Below are positions 19,702-28,102 of a stretch of 32,000 nucleotides of DNA, piece after piece. This stretch comes from Microcystis aeruginosa NIES-843 (GTDB lineage Bacteria; Cyanobacteriota; Cyanobacteriia; Cyanobacteriales; Microcystaceae): NCBI RefSeq assembly GCF_000010625.1, contig NC_010296.1, positions 1,740,001 to 1,772,000 on the forward strand. Direction: 5' to 3'. A program made the position numbers and the translations under genes. How positions within the stretch are numbered: position 1 is the first letter of the stretch; each line of letters opens with the position of its first letter. The notes below the pieces were generated by a model. The model saw nothing but the letters and a program-made list of their open reading frames with translations, was not told where the DNA came from and ran no database searches.

Positions 19702-20745
19702 ATGACTAATTATTTGACTCCTGACAAGAAAGTAGCGATTCTTCTCCACGAAGGAATCAAAGGAACTCGCGGCAAAACCGGATTAAGTTATCTGCGTTAC
19801 GGGAAAGCGCAGGTAGTGGCGATTATTGACGCAGAAAACGCCGGCAGCGCCTTAAAAGAAGTGGCCGGAATCGATCGCCCCTTGCCGATTGTTGCTAGTG
19901 TTAGGGAAGCTTTAACCTATCATCCCGATACCCTGTTAATTGGCATCGCACCCTCAGGAGGCATTTTACCCCCCCATTGGCTAGAAGAAATCAAAGAGGG
20001 GGTAAAGGCGGGGTTATCCCTCGTTAATGGTCTCCATACACCCCTAAAACCCCTTTTTCCTCAGCTTAAACCAGATCAATGGATTTGGGATATCCGTCTG
20101 GAACCCCAAGACTTAAAAATTGGGCAAGCGCGGGCGAAAAATTTAACCTGTCAGCGTATTTTAACCGTAGGCACGGATATGAGTGTGGGCAAAATGTCCA
20201 CTAGCATCGAATTACACCGGGTTGCCCCAGAAAAAGGGCTAAAATCGCAATTTTTAGCCACTGGACAGGGGGGAATTATGATCGCGGGGAAGGGTGTACC
20301 CTTGGATGCAGTGCGCGTCGATTATGCTGCTGGTGCGATCGAGGCTTTGGTGTTAGAATCGGCGGAAAATAACGATATTTTGTTTATTGAGGGTCAAGGC
20401 TCCCTTTTACACCCTGGTTCGACTGCTACCTTGCCCTTAATGCGTGGCAGTCAACCAACGGGGTTAATTCTCGTCCATCGCGCTGGACAAATTCATATCA
20501 ATGATTTACCCGATATTCTCATCCCTCCCCTAACAGAAGTGATTAAACTCTACGAAATGACTGCCAGCGCCGGGGGAAGTTTCGGGGAGGTGAAGGTAAA
20601 AGGGATTAGTTTAAATACTTTTCATCTTAGTCCGGAGGCGGCAGTTCAAGCTATAGAAACTGTGCAGGAGGAAACGGGGTTATTTTGTACCGATGTTGTC
20701 CGTTTTGGTGGTCAAGGGTTATTATCAGTGATCAGTAAACAGTAA
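19702..20745 (+). CDS. DUF1611-family protein (P-loop-like GTDMSVGK)
   Basis: ILTVGTDMSVGKMSTS, ATGQGGIMI, VDYAAGAIE and IEGQGSLLHPGS are motifs I associate with DUF1611. It starts 2 nt after the epimerase stop. The last 6 codons plus the stop lie in a heptamer array. Confidence 0.75.
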   Translation: MTNYLTPDKKVAILLHEGIKGTRGKTGLSYLRYGKAQVVAIIDAENAGSALKEVAGIDRPLPIVASVREALTYHPDTLLIGIAPSGGILPPHWLEEIKEGVKAGLSLVNGLHTPLKPLFPQLKPDQWIWDIRLEPQDLKIGQARAKNLTCQRILTVGTDMSVGKMSTSIELHRVAPEKGLKSQFLATGQGGIMIAGKGVPLDAVRVDYAAGAIEALVLESAENNDILFIEGQGSLLHPGSTATLPLMRGSQPTGLILVHRAGQIHINDLPDILIPPLTEVIKLYEMTASAGGSFGEVKVKGISLNTFHLSPEAAVQAIETVQEETGLFCTDVVRFGGQGLLSVISKQ

Positions 20746-20753
20746 ACAGTGAT
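20726..20753 (+). repeat. CAGTNAN heptamer array (cagtgat cagtaaa cagtaaa cagtgat)
   Basis: It encodes ...SVISKQ* of the DUF1611 protein. The TAA stop at 20743-20745 is inside the third unit. Confidence 0.9.
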
Positions 20754-20757
20754 CAAT

Positions 20758-21081
20758 TCAATCATAGTCCATCACACAATTAGTCTCAACTGTGATGGGA
20801 ATGATTGAATGAATACTATGATTGTGTTGTCTTCAGCAACCTTTTATCAATAATCAATCACAGTCCATCACATAATTAGTCTCAACTGTGATTGAAATGA
20901 TTGAATGAATACTATGATTGTCTTGTCTTCAGCAGGCGTTGTCAGATCAGAATATGAAAGATGCAATGCAATCCTTGCTATCAAAGTAATTTCAGTTCCA
21001 AGCTGATTCGGATCATCTTTCAATTTGACAACGCCCTTCAGCAACCTTTTATCAATAATCAATCACAGTCCATCACATAAT
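20758..21081 (+). repeat. 96-bp structured tandem repeat, ~2.2 copies (units start at 20758, 20854, 21059)
   Basis: Units align with a few substitutions. Unit 2 is split by a 101-bp insertion. Each unit contains nested inverted repeats: caatcatagt/actatgattg (20759-68 / 20815-24) and ccatcaca/tgtgatgg (20769-76 / 20791-98). Confidence 0.85.
20935..21035. mobile_element. 101-bp micro-MITE with 10-bp perfect TIRs and 8-bp target duplication
   Basis: TIRs GGCGTTGTCA...TGACAACGCC. It is flanked by direct cttcagca (20927-34 and 21036-43). The uninterrupted repeat unit 1 contains cttcagca only once, which serves as an empty site. Confidence 0.8.
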
Positions 21082-21231
21082 CACACCAATCACAGTCAAG
21101 ACGGCATGGGGGAGTAAATACCACTAATGGTCCGTGTTATCGTAAAAACGGGGATAGATGGGGGGTTTGGTCTTGCAAAATCGGCAAATAGGGATAAAAT
21201 CAAAACAAGTTAATTTTTCGGCGACCATATC

Positions 21232-21576
21232 ATGTTAACCCCATCGGATAGTAAATTATCTAAGCAGCAGCAGATTCTCTCGGCTGTTTCCGAAGAGGAA
21301 CAGCTTAAACAGCAACGGATTCAGGAAGTGCTATTGTTAATAGATAGTTTATTCCAAAGAGAGGAAACGACTTTTAGAATTATCATCGACTGTCTTTACG
21401 ATGTGGGTTCGTTAAATTTAATTAATAAAAAGTTTCATAGTCGTCACTTAAATTTTATCATGAAAGCGATCGCTCGTTTTTCTAAGCCTATCTTCAGAAT
21501 TTATGCTCTCTATTGGGTGAAGAAAAATAGCCCCAAATTAATTACTAATTGGTTGGCTAGTAAGGTTAAATTCTAG
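21232..21576 (+). CDS. Hypothetical protein (114 aa)
   Basis: A clean ORF with an ATG start in an otherwise unassigned gap. No motif recognised. Confidence 0.45.
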   Translation: MLTPSDSKLSKQQQILSAVSEEEQLKQQRIQEVLLLIDSLFQREETTFRIIIDCLYDVGSLNLINKKFHSRHLNFIMKAIARFSKPIFRIYALYWVKKNSPKLITNWLASKVKF

Positions 21577-21593
21577 ATCGATCCCCCCTTAAT

Positions 21594-21612
21594 CCCCCCT
21601 TGATAAGGGGGG
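21594..21612. terminator. C6TT-gat-AAG6 hairpin between convergent genes (possible bidirectional terminator)
   Basis: An 8-bp stem cccccctt/aagggggg with a 3-nt loop. It lies 18 nt after the 21232..21576 stop and 94 nt after the dnaJ-like stop. No proper U-tract follows. Confidence 0.3.
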
Positions 21613-21705
21613 GAACTGACGATTTTTAACACCTAACTACTTATAAACCCCAGAGACAGTAATCAACACCAAGAAAAACTGTTTTGGCAAACCCTAGCTA
21701 GGGAC

Positions 21706-22713
21706 TTAAATTTGCACCTGTCTGAGATGACGACGGGGATCGGTGGTACGCTGAGATTTAATTTTCTCGTATAATTCCCGTTCGATCGCCGTTAATTCTT
21801 TGGGAGTATCGATGACAATTTTGACTAATTGATCGCCGCGTTGTCCTTTATTATCGATCCAACCTTTGCCTCGTAAGCGCAGGGATTGACCGGAACGAAT
21901 ACCGGCGGGAACTTTTACCGTCACCAGGCCATCGGGGGTAGGAACTTCGATCGCTGTGCCTAAAACCGCCTCATCGGGAGTAATCGGGACTTCACAGGTT
22001 AAATTATCGCCTTCAAAAGCAAAGAAAGGATGGGGTTCTAATTCCACATCGAGAAATAGATCTCCCCGTTGTTTACTCAAGGGATCGATTAGTCCTTTCC
22101 CCCGTACCCGGAGACGATTACCGGTTTTAGTTCCTGGGGGGATTTTGATATCGATCATTTCTCCGGCTAAATTAACCCGTTTTTGTACTCCTCGCAAAGC
22201 TTCCGCAAAAGTCAGACGCAGTTTAGCGGTGGAGATGCCGGAAGTGACAGCTTGCGGTGGAGTACGAGCGCCGGCAAAGTCGTTAAAATTGCTAAAATCG
22301 CCAAATCCTCCCCCCGGAGTCCCGTAGGAATGGGAACCGGGGCGAGTACCGCCGGAGCGCCCCATGCGACCGAGTAGTTCGTTGATAAAATCATCAAAGG
22401 TGCTGTACTGGCTAAAGTCAAAACCGGCCGAACCGAAGTCAACCCCCGGATTACCACCCGGCCAATTCGATCGCCCAGCCTGTTGCCAATATTGTCCAAA
22501 TTGATCGTATTTTTGGCGTTTTTCGCTATCGGAGAGGACTTCGTAAGCTTCACTAATTTCTTTAAAACGTTCTTCGGCGCTTTTATCGTTAGGATTGCGA
22601 TCGGGGTGATATTTGACGGCTAATTTACGAAAAGCTTTTTTAATTTCTTCAGCGCTGGCAGTTTTACCTACTCCCAGAACGGCATAATAATCTTTATAAT
22701 CTGCGGCAGGCAT
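21706..22713 (-). CDS. DnaJ-class co-chaperone without zinc finger (type II / CbpA-like)
   Basis: J-domain DYYAVLGV...KYHPDRNP (HPD), a G/F-rich linker and a DnaJ C-terminal substrate-binding fold. No CxxCxGxG repeats; 335 aa. Confidence 0.85.
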   Translation of the reverse strand: MPAADYKDYYAVLGVGKTASAEEIKKAFRKLAVKYHPDRNPNDKSAEERFKEISEAYEVLSDSEKRQKYDQFGQYWQQAGRSNWPGGNPGVDFGSAGFDFSQYSTFDDFINELLGRMGRSGGTRPGSHSYGTPGGGFGDFSNFNDFAGARTPPQAVTSGISTAKLRLTFAEALRGVQKRVNLAGEMIDIKIPPGTKTGNRLRVRGKGLIDPLSKQRGDLFLDVELEPHPFFAFEGDNLTCEVPITPDEAVLGTAIEVPTPDGLVTVKVPAGIRSGQSLRLRGKGWIDNKGQRGDQLVKIVIDTPKELTAIERELYEKIKSQRTTDPRRHLRQVQI

Positions 22714-22794
22714 CGATACGCTATCTCCTTAGCAATGAGGATTCAGTCGGGATATTCCTAATCTAACTTAATTTTATCGCTGTCAGGCTTGAAT

Positions 22795-22850
22795 CAGTGA
22801 TCAGTGATCAGTGAACAGTAACCAGTAACCAGTAACCAGTAATCAGTGAA
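22795..22850 (+). repeat. CAGTNAN heptamer array, 8 units (cagtgat x2, cagtgaa, cagtaac x3, cagtaat, cagtgaa)
   Basis: Read directly. It lies 82 bp upstream of the dnaJ-like start and 48 bp from the left end of IS copy 2. Confidence 0.9.
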
Positions 22851-23477
22851 AATAAAGTGCCGAAGTTTTCACTTAACACTATCTACTTAAAACTCCAATA
22901 GACCTCTTGCATAATTTTTTTATGGTATCATGGAGGGTTGGGCTTTTTTCTCAATTCTTAGATGGAAGTGGAAAAAAGAATAAAATGTGATCTTAGGTCA
23001 GGAAATCATCTATACTTTGGCTATGTTTATTAGCAAAAGTATGGATGATCAAGACTTATCAGATGAACAGTTCAAACGCCCTTTCGGTGTGTATAAACAA
23101 ACCTATAGAAAGATGGTATAATCAGTAAAAAGTGTTGAAGCCGACTCTAATTCAGCATCTAAAAGGCGACCGAAACCTAAACTATCTATAGAAGAACAAG
23201 TTTTAGTAACGTTAGAATATTGGCGAGAATATAGAACATATTTTCACATTGGTACAAGCGGTCAACTATCAGAATCAACTATAGGTCGGATTGTAAATAA
23301 GACGGAAAAAATGCTTTGACAATCGGGAAACTTCCGTTTAAAAGGAAAAAAAGCTCTACTAAATCAAGCAGAGATACCGGTCGTAACGGTAATGGATGTA
23401 ACGGAAACTCCCATTGAACGCCCTCAAAAGAAACAGAAAGATTTTTTTGGGGTAAAAGAGGTTATCATACTTTAAAA

Positions 23478-23664
23478 GGCTCTTCGGTAATTGTTATGCA
23501 ATGGACGGGGGTTATAAGGGATGGAACCCTTATATAGAAAGGCATTTAGCGATTTTTGTCAATTGTTTTTTATCTAGAGCGAACTAATCAATTAAGTCTC
23601 TTGCCAGATAAGGATTTAGTCGATTTATGCCCCCCTATCGAACCATACCAAGTAACGAAGAACC
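23478..23664. mobile_element. 187-bp MITE ('MITE-A') inserted in IS copy 2
   Basis: TIR core GGYTCTTCG...CGAAGAACC. 8-bp target duplication ctttaaaa (23470-77 and 23665-72). Copy 1 shows the unoccupied site cttgaaaa at 3345-3352. Confidence 0.85.
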
Positions 23665-23836
23665 CTTTAAAATCCCAATTAGTAGCTGATAAAAATACCG
23701 AGGAAATTATCTGTGTCTGTTGTGGGAAAGGCAGCGGCCATGATTTTAGTTTATTTAAAAAAAGTCGAGTTCGTTTTCATCCTTTAACTACCAGCATAGA
23801 AGACAGTGGTTATCAGGGAATAGCTGCATACCATAG

Positions 23837-24293
23837 GGGTTGCTGAATAATGGTAAAACCCTTTTAAAATAAGGCTTTTGACCTGTTAAAATCCGATGTT
23901 CATGCTGCGAAAATCGGATTGAGACCTTCAAAAACCTGGCATTATCCTTATTATAGTACATAAATTGGTACAAAAAGAGAGGGCAACAAAGCCTGAAACT
24001 CCCGACGACCGGCTACTGACGACCGGCTACTGACTCCTAACCCCACCAACAAACTTTTTCAGCAAACCCTACCATAGTAATAGTTAGGGTTTGCTGAAAA
24101 AGCTTTTCGGTGGTGGCAGGGTGTGGGGTGTGGGGTGTGGGGTTTTATCGATTTTCAGGTGGTCAACTACCTAATTTTCAGGGAAAAAGTCCAGGAATTT
24201 TCCCCCCGATCCCCGCAATGGCTGGCACTTTTTGAGGGGAAAAAAGTCCAAAAGTCTTATCCAACAAGGTTTTTAGATTTATTCAGCAGACCC
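23837..24293. mobile_element. 457-bp composite MITE ('MITE-B') inserted in IS copy 2
   Basis: Outer TIRs GGGTTGCTGAATAA / reverse complement GGGTCTGCTGAATAA. TAG target duplication (23834-36 and 24294-96). Removing it restores GIAAYH-S-YTPKKK. The internal palindrome at 24054-24102 looks like two further ends of the same TIR family. Confidence 0.8.
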
Positions 24294-25012
24294 TAGTTAT
24301 ACACCGAAAAAGAAATCGAAAAATCGAAAATTAACCGAGTTAGAAAAGGAGTATAACAAGGTTTTAGCCAAAGAAAGGATTATCATTGAACCTATAAATA
24401 GGAAACTCAAAATCTTGAAAATCTTATCCTGTAAATATCGGAATCGTCGTCGAAGATATAGTTTAAGAGTTAACTTGTTGGCGGCTATTTATAACTGTGA
24501 GTTAGGTATAGCTGCTTCTTAAAAGTTGTCAAACATTAATCTAGTCAAGGAGAATTTATTCTCAATTTTTATAATTGAGATAGTTTGTGCCGCTTAAATA
24601 AAGAGGTTTTGATAACCAAATTAAAGCATATCTAAAGAGTTTTGAGTTAAAAGTAAAACTTCAGGTTTTTATTCATAACAAATGTACTAATTAACTAATT
24701 TTTGGGGTAAAATTAGTTAACCCACCATTATAACATATAATTAATTTGCAAGAGTTCTATTGTAGAATTAGAGAGGGAAGTTATCGTTTTTCTAAGATAA
24801 CTCGACCGACGTCTCTGCAACAGAAGGCGTTATATTTATTGGGAGTTTCTTTAATTTGTCCCCAGTAACGGGGCAGCGGAAATTCTTTTAATCCCTCCTA
24901 CAGCACAGGTTATGGCCTTTTGTCAAAGGGGAAGTCCAGTTATTATCCCCACTCCCCACGGTTATAGAAACCTCGGCAGAAAAGTCTCTACAACCGGGTT
25001 TTTCTAGGAATA

Positions 25013-26014
25013 TTAGGAAAGGAGATTACCGCGACTACCGTTAGGAAGAATAGTTTCTTCGAGGGAAGCAGAAAGAAGATTATTTTCGGTTAAAATCGCC
25101 CCAATTAAGTTAGCTTGTTTGAGATTAGCTCGTTTAAGATTGCTTCCCACTAAATAACTCAAGAGTAATCCCGCTTGGTGTAGATTAGCACCGGAAAGGT
25201 TAGCGGAGGCTAAATTAGCGCCGAGCAGATTACAACCGGTTAAGTTAGCCTGGCGAAAATTGGCTTTATTAGCGTCAGTTTTACTTAAATCGGCTCCGGT
25301 TAAGTTAGCTCCCTCAAAATCGCTACAATTGAGGTTAGCTCCCGTCAGATTAGCACCTTCGAGGTTAGCATAACGTAAATCCGCCCCGCGTAAATCCGCC
25401 CCGCGCAAATCGGCATAGCTGAGGTCGGCGTATTGAAGATGGCAGTTTTCCAGATTAGCTTGATAGAGATAGGCTCGAATTAGGTTAGCCTCTTTTAAGT
25501 TAGCATGGCTAAGATTAGCAGAGCTAAGAATAGCACGAGTGAGAATAGCCCGTTTTAGGTTAGCTTTCCCCGCCATGGCATGGGTTAAAGTGGCTGAGGT
25601 GAGATTAGCCGCTTCGAGATTCGCTTTCAACAGTTGAGCAAAAAGTAAGCTACTGTGAATTAAACAGGCAGAACTTAAATCAGCCTTTTTGAGAACAGTA
25701 TTACTCAAAATTGCGCCGCTTAGTTGACTTTGGCGCAAATTTGCCCCAGAAAGGTCGGCTTTAGTCAGGTTAGCATCGATAAGACAAGCTTTGCTTAAAT
25801 TAACTTCTTCGAGGGAAGCGTCCTTGAAATTAGCGTTAATTAAACAAGCTTCGGCTAAATTGGCTCGTTTTAAGTAACTATGACTTAGGTTAATCTGGTT
25901 TAAACACTGTCTCTTTAAATTGACTCCGCTAAGTCTGACTTCCGCAAAGTTGCGTTCACCTCGATTATACAGTTCGATTAGATGTTCACGATTGGTTAAG
26001 GCATTGCTACTCAT
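25013..26014 (-). CDS. Pentapeptide-repeat protein
   Basis: 333 aa. After a ~25-aa N-terminus it is almost entirely A(D/N)LxxA(N/D)L-type pentapeptide repeats (ANLSGANLRQSQLSGA..., ADLRGADLRGADLRYANLEGANLTGANL). Confidence 0.9.
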   Translation of the reverse strand: MSSNALTNREHLIELYNRGERNFAEVRLSGVNLKRQCLNQINLSHSYLKRANLAEACLINANFKDASLEEVNLSKACLIDANLTKADLSGANLRQSQLSGAILSNTVLKKADLSSACLIHSSLLFAQLLKANLEAANLTSATLTHAMAGKANLKRAILTRAILSSANLSHANLKEANLIRAYLYQANLENCHLQYADLSYADLRGADLRGADLRYANLEGANLTGANLNCSDFEGANLTGADLSKTDANKANFRQANLTGCNLLGANLASANLSGANLHQAGLLLSYLVGSNLKRANLKQANLIGAILTENNLLSASLEETILPNGSRGNLLS

Positions 26015-26563
26015 AAAATAACTAAATTGTTCTGGAAGCTGATTTCCAGAGAATTGGTTGGGGAAAATTACTGATCATGAAGTCGATCTCTAGGATTAGT
26101 ACAGGGAGCGACTGGGAATTTTTGCGAATAAATAGAAATTTTCAACCAATTACGGGCTTAAAATCCCTATTGGCAATCACTAAAACCGGTAAAGAACGAA
26201 AAGAATCGGGGTTCAATACCAAAAACAGTCTCTACCTAAACCCGCCACTTGTTGCCAGCCAGGTCTAGGCATTAAATTAGAGAAGTCTTGTGCGTCAGTT
26301 TTTCTGACTGAATCTACTGCCTCGCCGATGTCTTGACTCGGTATCATACAGTTGAATTTGTTAGGTCTGCTTAGTCAGTCCGGTAGCCAAGAGGCTAAAA
26401 CTCTTAATCACCAGATTTCGGGGACTCTCCAGTTGAGCAAGCATAAAACTTTGTAAAAGTCAATCCCTCTTAGGGATGAACTGCCCAATTCTATTCCCTG
26501 AAGCCTTGGTTGATTGAGTCTATCAGGTTGTGGTCTGTTTTGGCAAGAGGGGTCAATGGTTTT

Positions 26564-28102
26564 TTAATCAATTCGCCAAAAGGCTTGATTTTCCGTAGGG
26601 GATAATTGTATAGACTGGTCATCTAAATATTGTCTGAGACTGGGGGAAGGATTGAGGAGATAAATATCGGTAAATTGATTTTTTAAGGATGGGATGGAAA
26701 CTCTAGGGTTCGACTGAACAAATAAATACTTGGTCTTAGCATCAGTAGTATGGATAAGGGGCAAGGTATCTAACCAATGTTCTGAAATAATTAGAGGTTT
26801 TTGACTGCGATTAATCATTGTATAAGCATTGGGAATATTACTACCATAACCCACATATCTAGCTGCCGGCGGTGGATAGGGAATTTTGGCAATTAATCCG
26901 AAAACTAGCAATAATATTAAGAGAATTTTTGCCCAGCCTTGGCGCTGCTGTAATCCCTTGCTTAGTAAAAAGGTAACTGCCAGCAGCATACCGAGAAAAC
27001 TCGGTAAGTAAAATCTGCCCACAGCCGTGTAGCGAAATCCTCTGATTAGATCCCATGCTAAAAGAGAGAAAAAGGGGATAATTGTCAGGAGAATGATCAG
27101 GGTAAAAACTTTTTTATCGGCTTTTTTGCTCAGATAAATAAAGGAGATGATGACGAGGATAATTAGGCAGTATTCAATAATAGGGTTGATGGTGGGATTG
27201 GCTAAACTAAAATTATAAAATAAACGAGCGATCATTGTTACCCATCTTTGCCAAAGTACCTCTAGGGGTAAACTGCCTTTTGACCATCCAAAGATAGTAA
27301 ATCGACCAGTAAAAATCCGGGTTAACCAAATTGAATAAATCCACAGGGAAGCAAGTAAGCTGATGCTATAGTATTTTTTGGTTAAAAAGTTAAAATAATT
27401 CAGCTGTAGCAGAAAATATAGGCTATGAACCACTAAAACAAAGATAAAGAAAACATGGGTATATAAACCAGCGATTAGGGATAAACTATAGAAAAACCAA
27501 TCTTTTTTCGGTTGCGAGGAATCAATAGCTTTGAGAAATAACCAGCTAGAAAGTATCGAACAGAAAACATATAGTCCGTATTCCCAAATTCCTAGAGCAT
27601 AACCAGTAAAACGAGGGGAAAAGAAGATAAGTGTAGTGGCGATTAAAGCAGCGTTTTTATTTTTAAATAAAGTCAAAGCTAAATGGTAAAAACTCCCTAA
27701 AATACCAAACCAAATAATTACCGAAAATCCCCTTAATACTAAATAAGAATTGCCTAATAATCTTGCTAAAAACCAGAGGGAACTGTAATAGAGAGGTAGA
27801 TCGTAATTCGAGCTAGTATAAAGAGAGGCTAAGGTATCGGGAAAACCTTTCACGGAATTAACCCCTTGAAATTGCCAGAGTTGTTCTGTAGATTTAATTT
27901 GTCCATCGAACAGATAGTTAATTAACTGTTCGGGTGTGTAACCAGAAAGATGCAGTAAGACCAAAGATTCATCGTGCCAAACATAACTATAGTAGGCGAG
28001 ATGGACAAAATAGAAAATATTGAAAATAATCAATAAACCTAAAGCAAATCTAACCCCAGATTGACGAGTAAGCATAATTATCTCGATCCTGTTAAAAATC
28101 AC
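26564..28102 (-). CDS. Polytopic membrane protein, GT-C fold (ArnT/PMT, GT39/83-like) glycosyltransferase candidate
   Basis: 512 aa with about 11-13 hydrophobic helices. An acidic WHDE motif follows the first helix, as in GT-C enzymes, and there is a soluble C-terminal ~90 aa. GTG at 28102 overlaps the kinase stop; ATG at 28075 is an alternative start. Family assignment is from architecture only. Confidence 0.5.
   Translation of the reverse strand: MIFNRIEIIMLTRQSGVRFALGLLIIFNIFYFVHLAYYSYVWHDESLVLLHLSGYTPEQLINYLFDGQIKSTEQLWQFQGVNSVKGFPDTLASLYTSSNYDLPLYYSSLWFLARLLGNSYLVLRGFSVIIWFGILGSFYHLALTLFKNKNAALIATTLIFFSPRFTGYALGIWEYGLYVFCSILSSWLFLKAIDSSQPKKDWFFYSLSLIAGLYTHVFFIFVLVVHSLYFLLQLNYFNFLTKKYYSISLLASLWIYSIWLTRIFTGRFTIFGWSKGSLPLEVLWQRWVTMIARLFYNFSLANPTINPIIEYCLIILVIISFIYLSKKADKKVFTLIILLTIIPFFSLLAWDLIRGFRYTAVGRFYLPSFLGMLLAVTFLLSKGLQQRQGWAKILLILLLVFGLIAKIPYPPPAARYVGYGSNIPNAYTMINRSQKPLIISEHWLDTLPLIHTTDAKTKYLFVQSNPRVSIPSLKNQFTDIYLLNPSPSLRQYLDDQSIQLSPTENQAFWRID

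Larger units (their letters stand above)
23041..24522 (+). pseudogene. IS transposase pseudogene (copy 2)
   Basis: It shares with copy 1 the in-frame TGA (23317-19) and the T7 frame change (23442-48). It has an extra TAA (MV*SVKSV, ~23119) and is interrupted by two MITEs. It retains the C-terminal segment YTPKKKSKNRKLTELEKEYNKVLAKERIIIEPINRKLKIL... that is missing from copy 1. Confidence 0.8.
22899..24759 (+). mobile_element. Degenerate IS4/IS5-superfamily insertion sequence, copy 2, carrying two nested MITE insertions
   Basis: Same termini as copy 1: tagacctcttgc... and ...gcaagagttcta. It is collinear with 2774-3902 except for insertions at 23478-23664 and 23837-24293, plus the segment that is deleted in copy 1. 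Confidence 0.85.

Noticed and set aside
20868-21062. ORF 20868..21062 (-), 64 aa
   Set aside because: It spans the tandem-repeat unit, the entire 101-bp micro-MITE and its target duplication, so it cannot predate the insertion. It is considered noncoding.
23556-23973. ORFs 23556..23846 (+) and 23788..23973 (-)
   Set aside because: The first is a chimera beginning inside MITE-A and continuing into the transposase DDE fragment. The second lies across the MITE-B boundary. Both are by-products of nested insertions rather than genes.
24760-25012. Short frame CRIREGSYRFSKITRPTSLQQKALYLLGVSLICPQ* right after IS copy 2
   Set aside because: It might be a remnant of a gene disrupted by the IS, but it is only ~35 codons with no start and no recognisable family. 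That is insufficient for a call.
26077-26268. ORF 26077..26268 (+), 63 aa, and the 550-bp gap 26015-26563
   Set aside because: The ORF has no RBS, motif or partner. I looked for tRNA-like structure (a ggggttcaatacc T-loop-like string near 26210) but no complementary stem or acceptor arm exists. I could not support any sRNA or riboswitch call.
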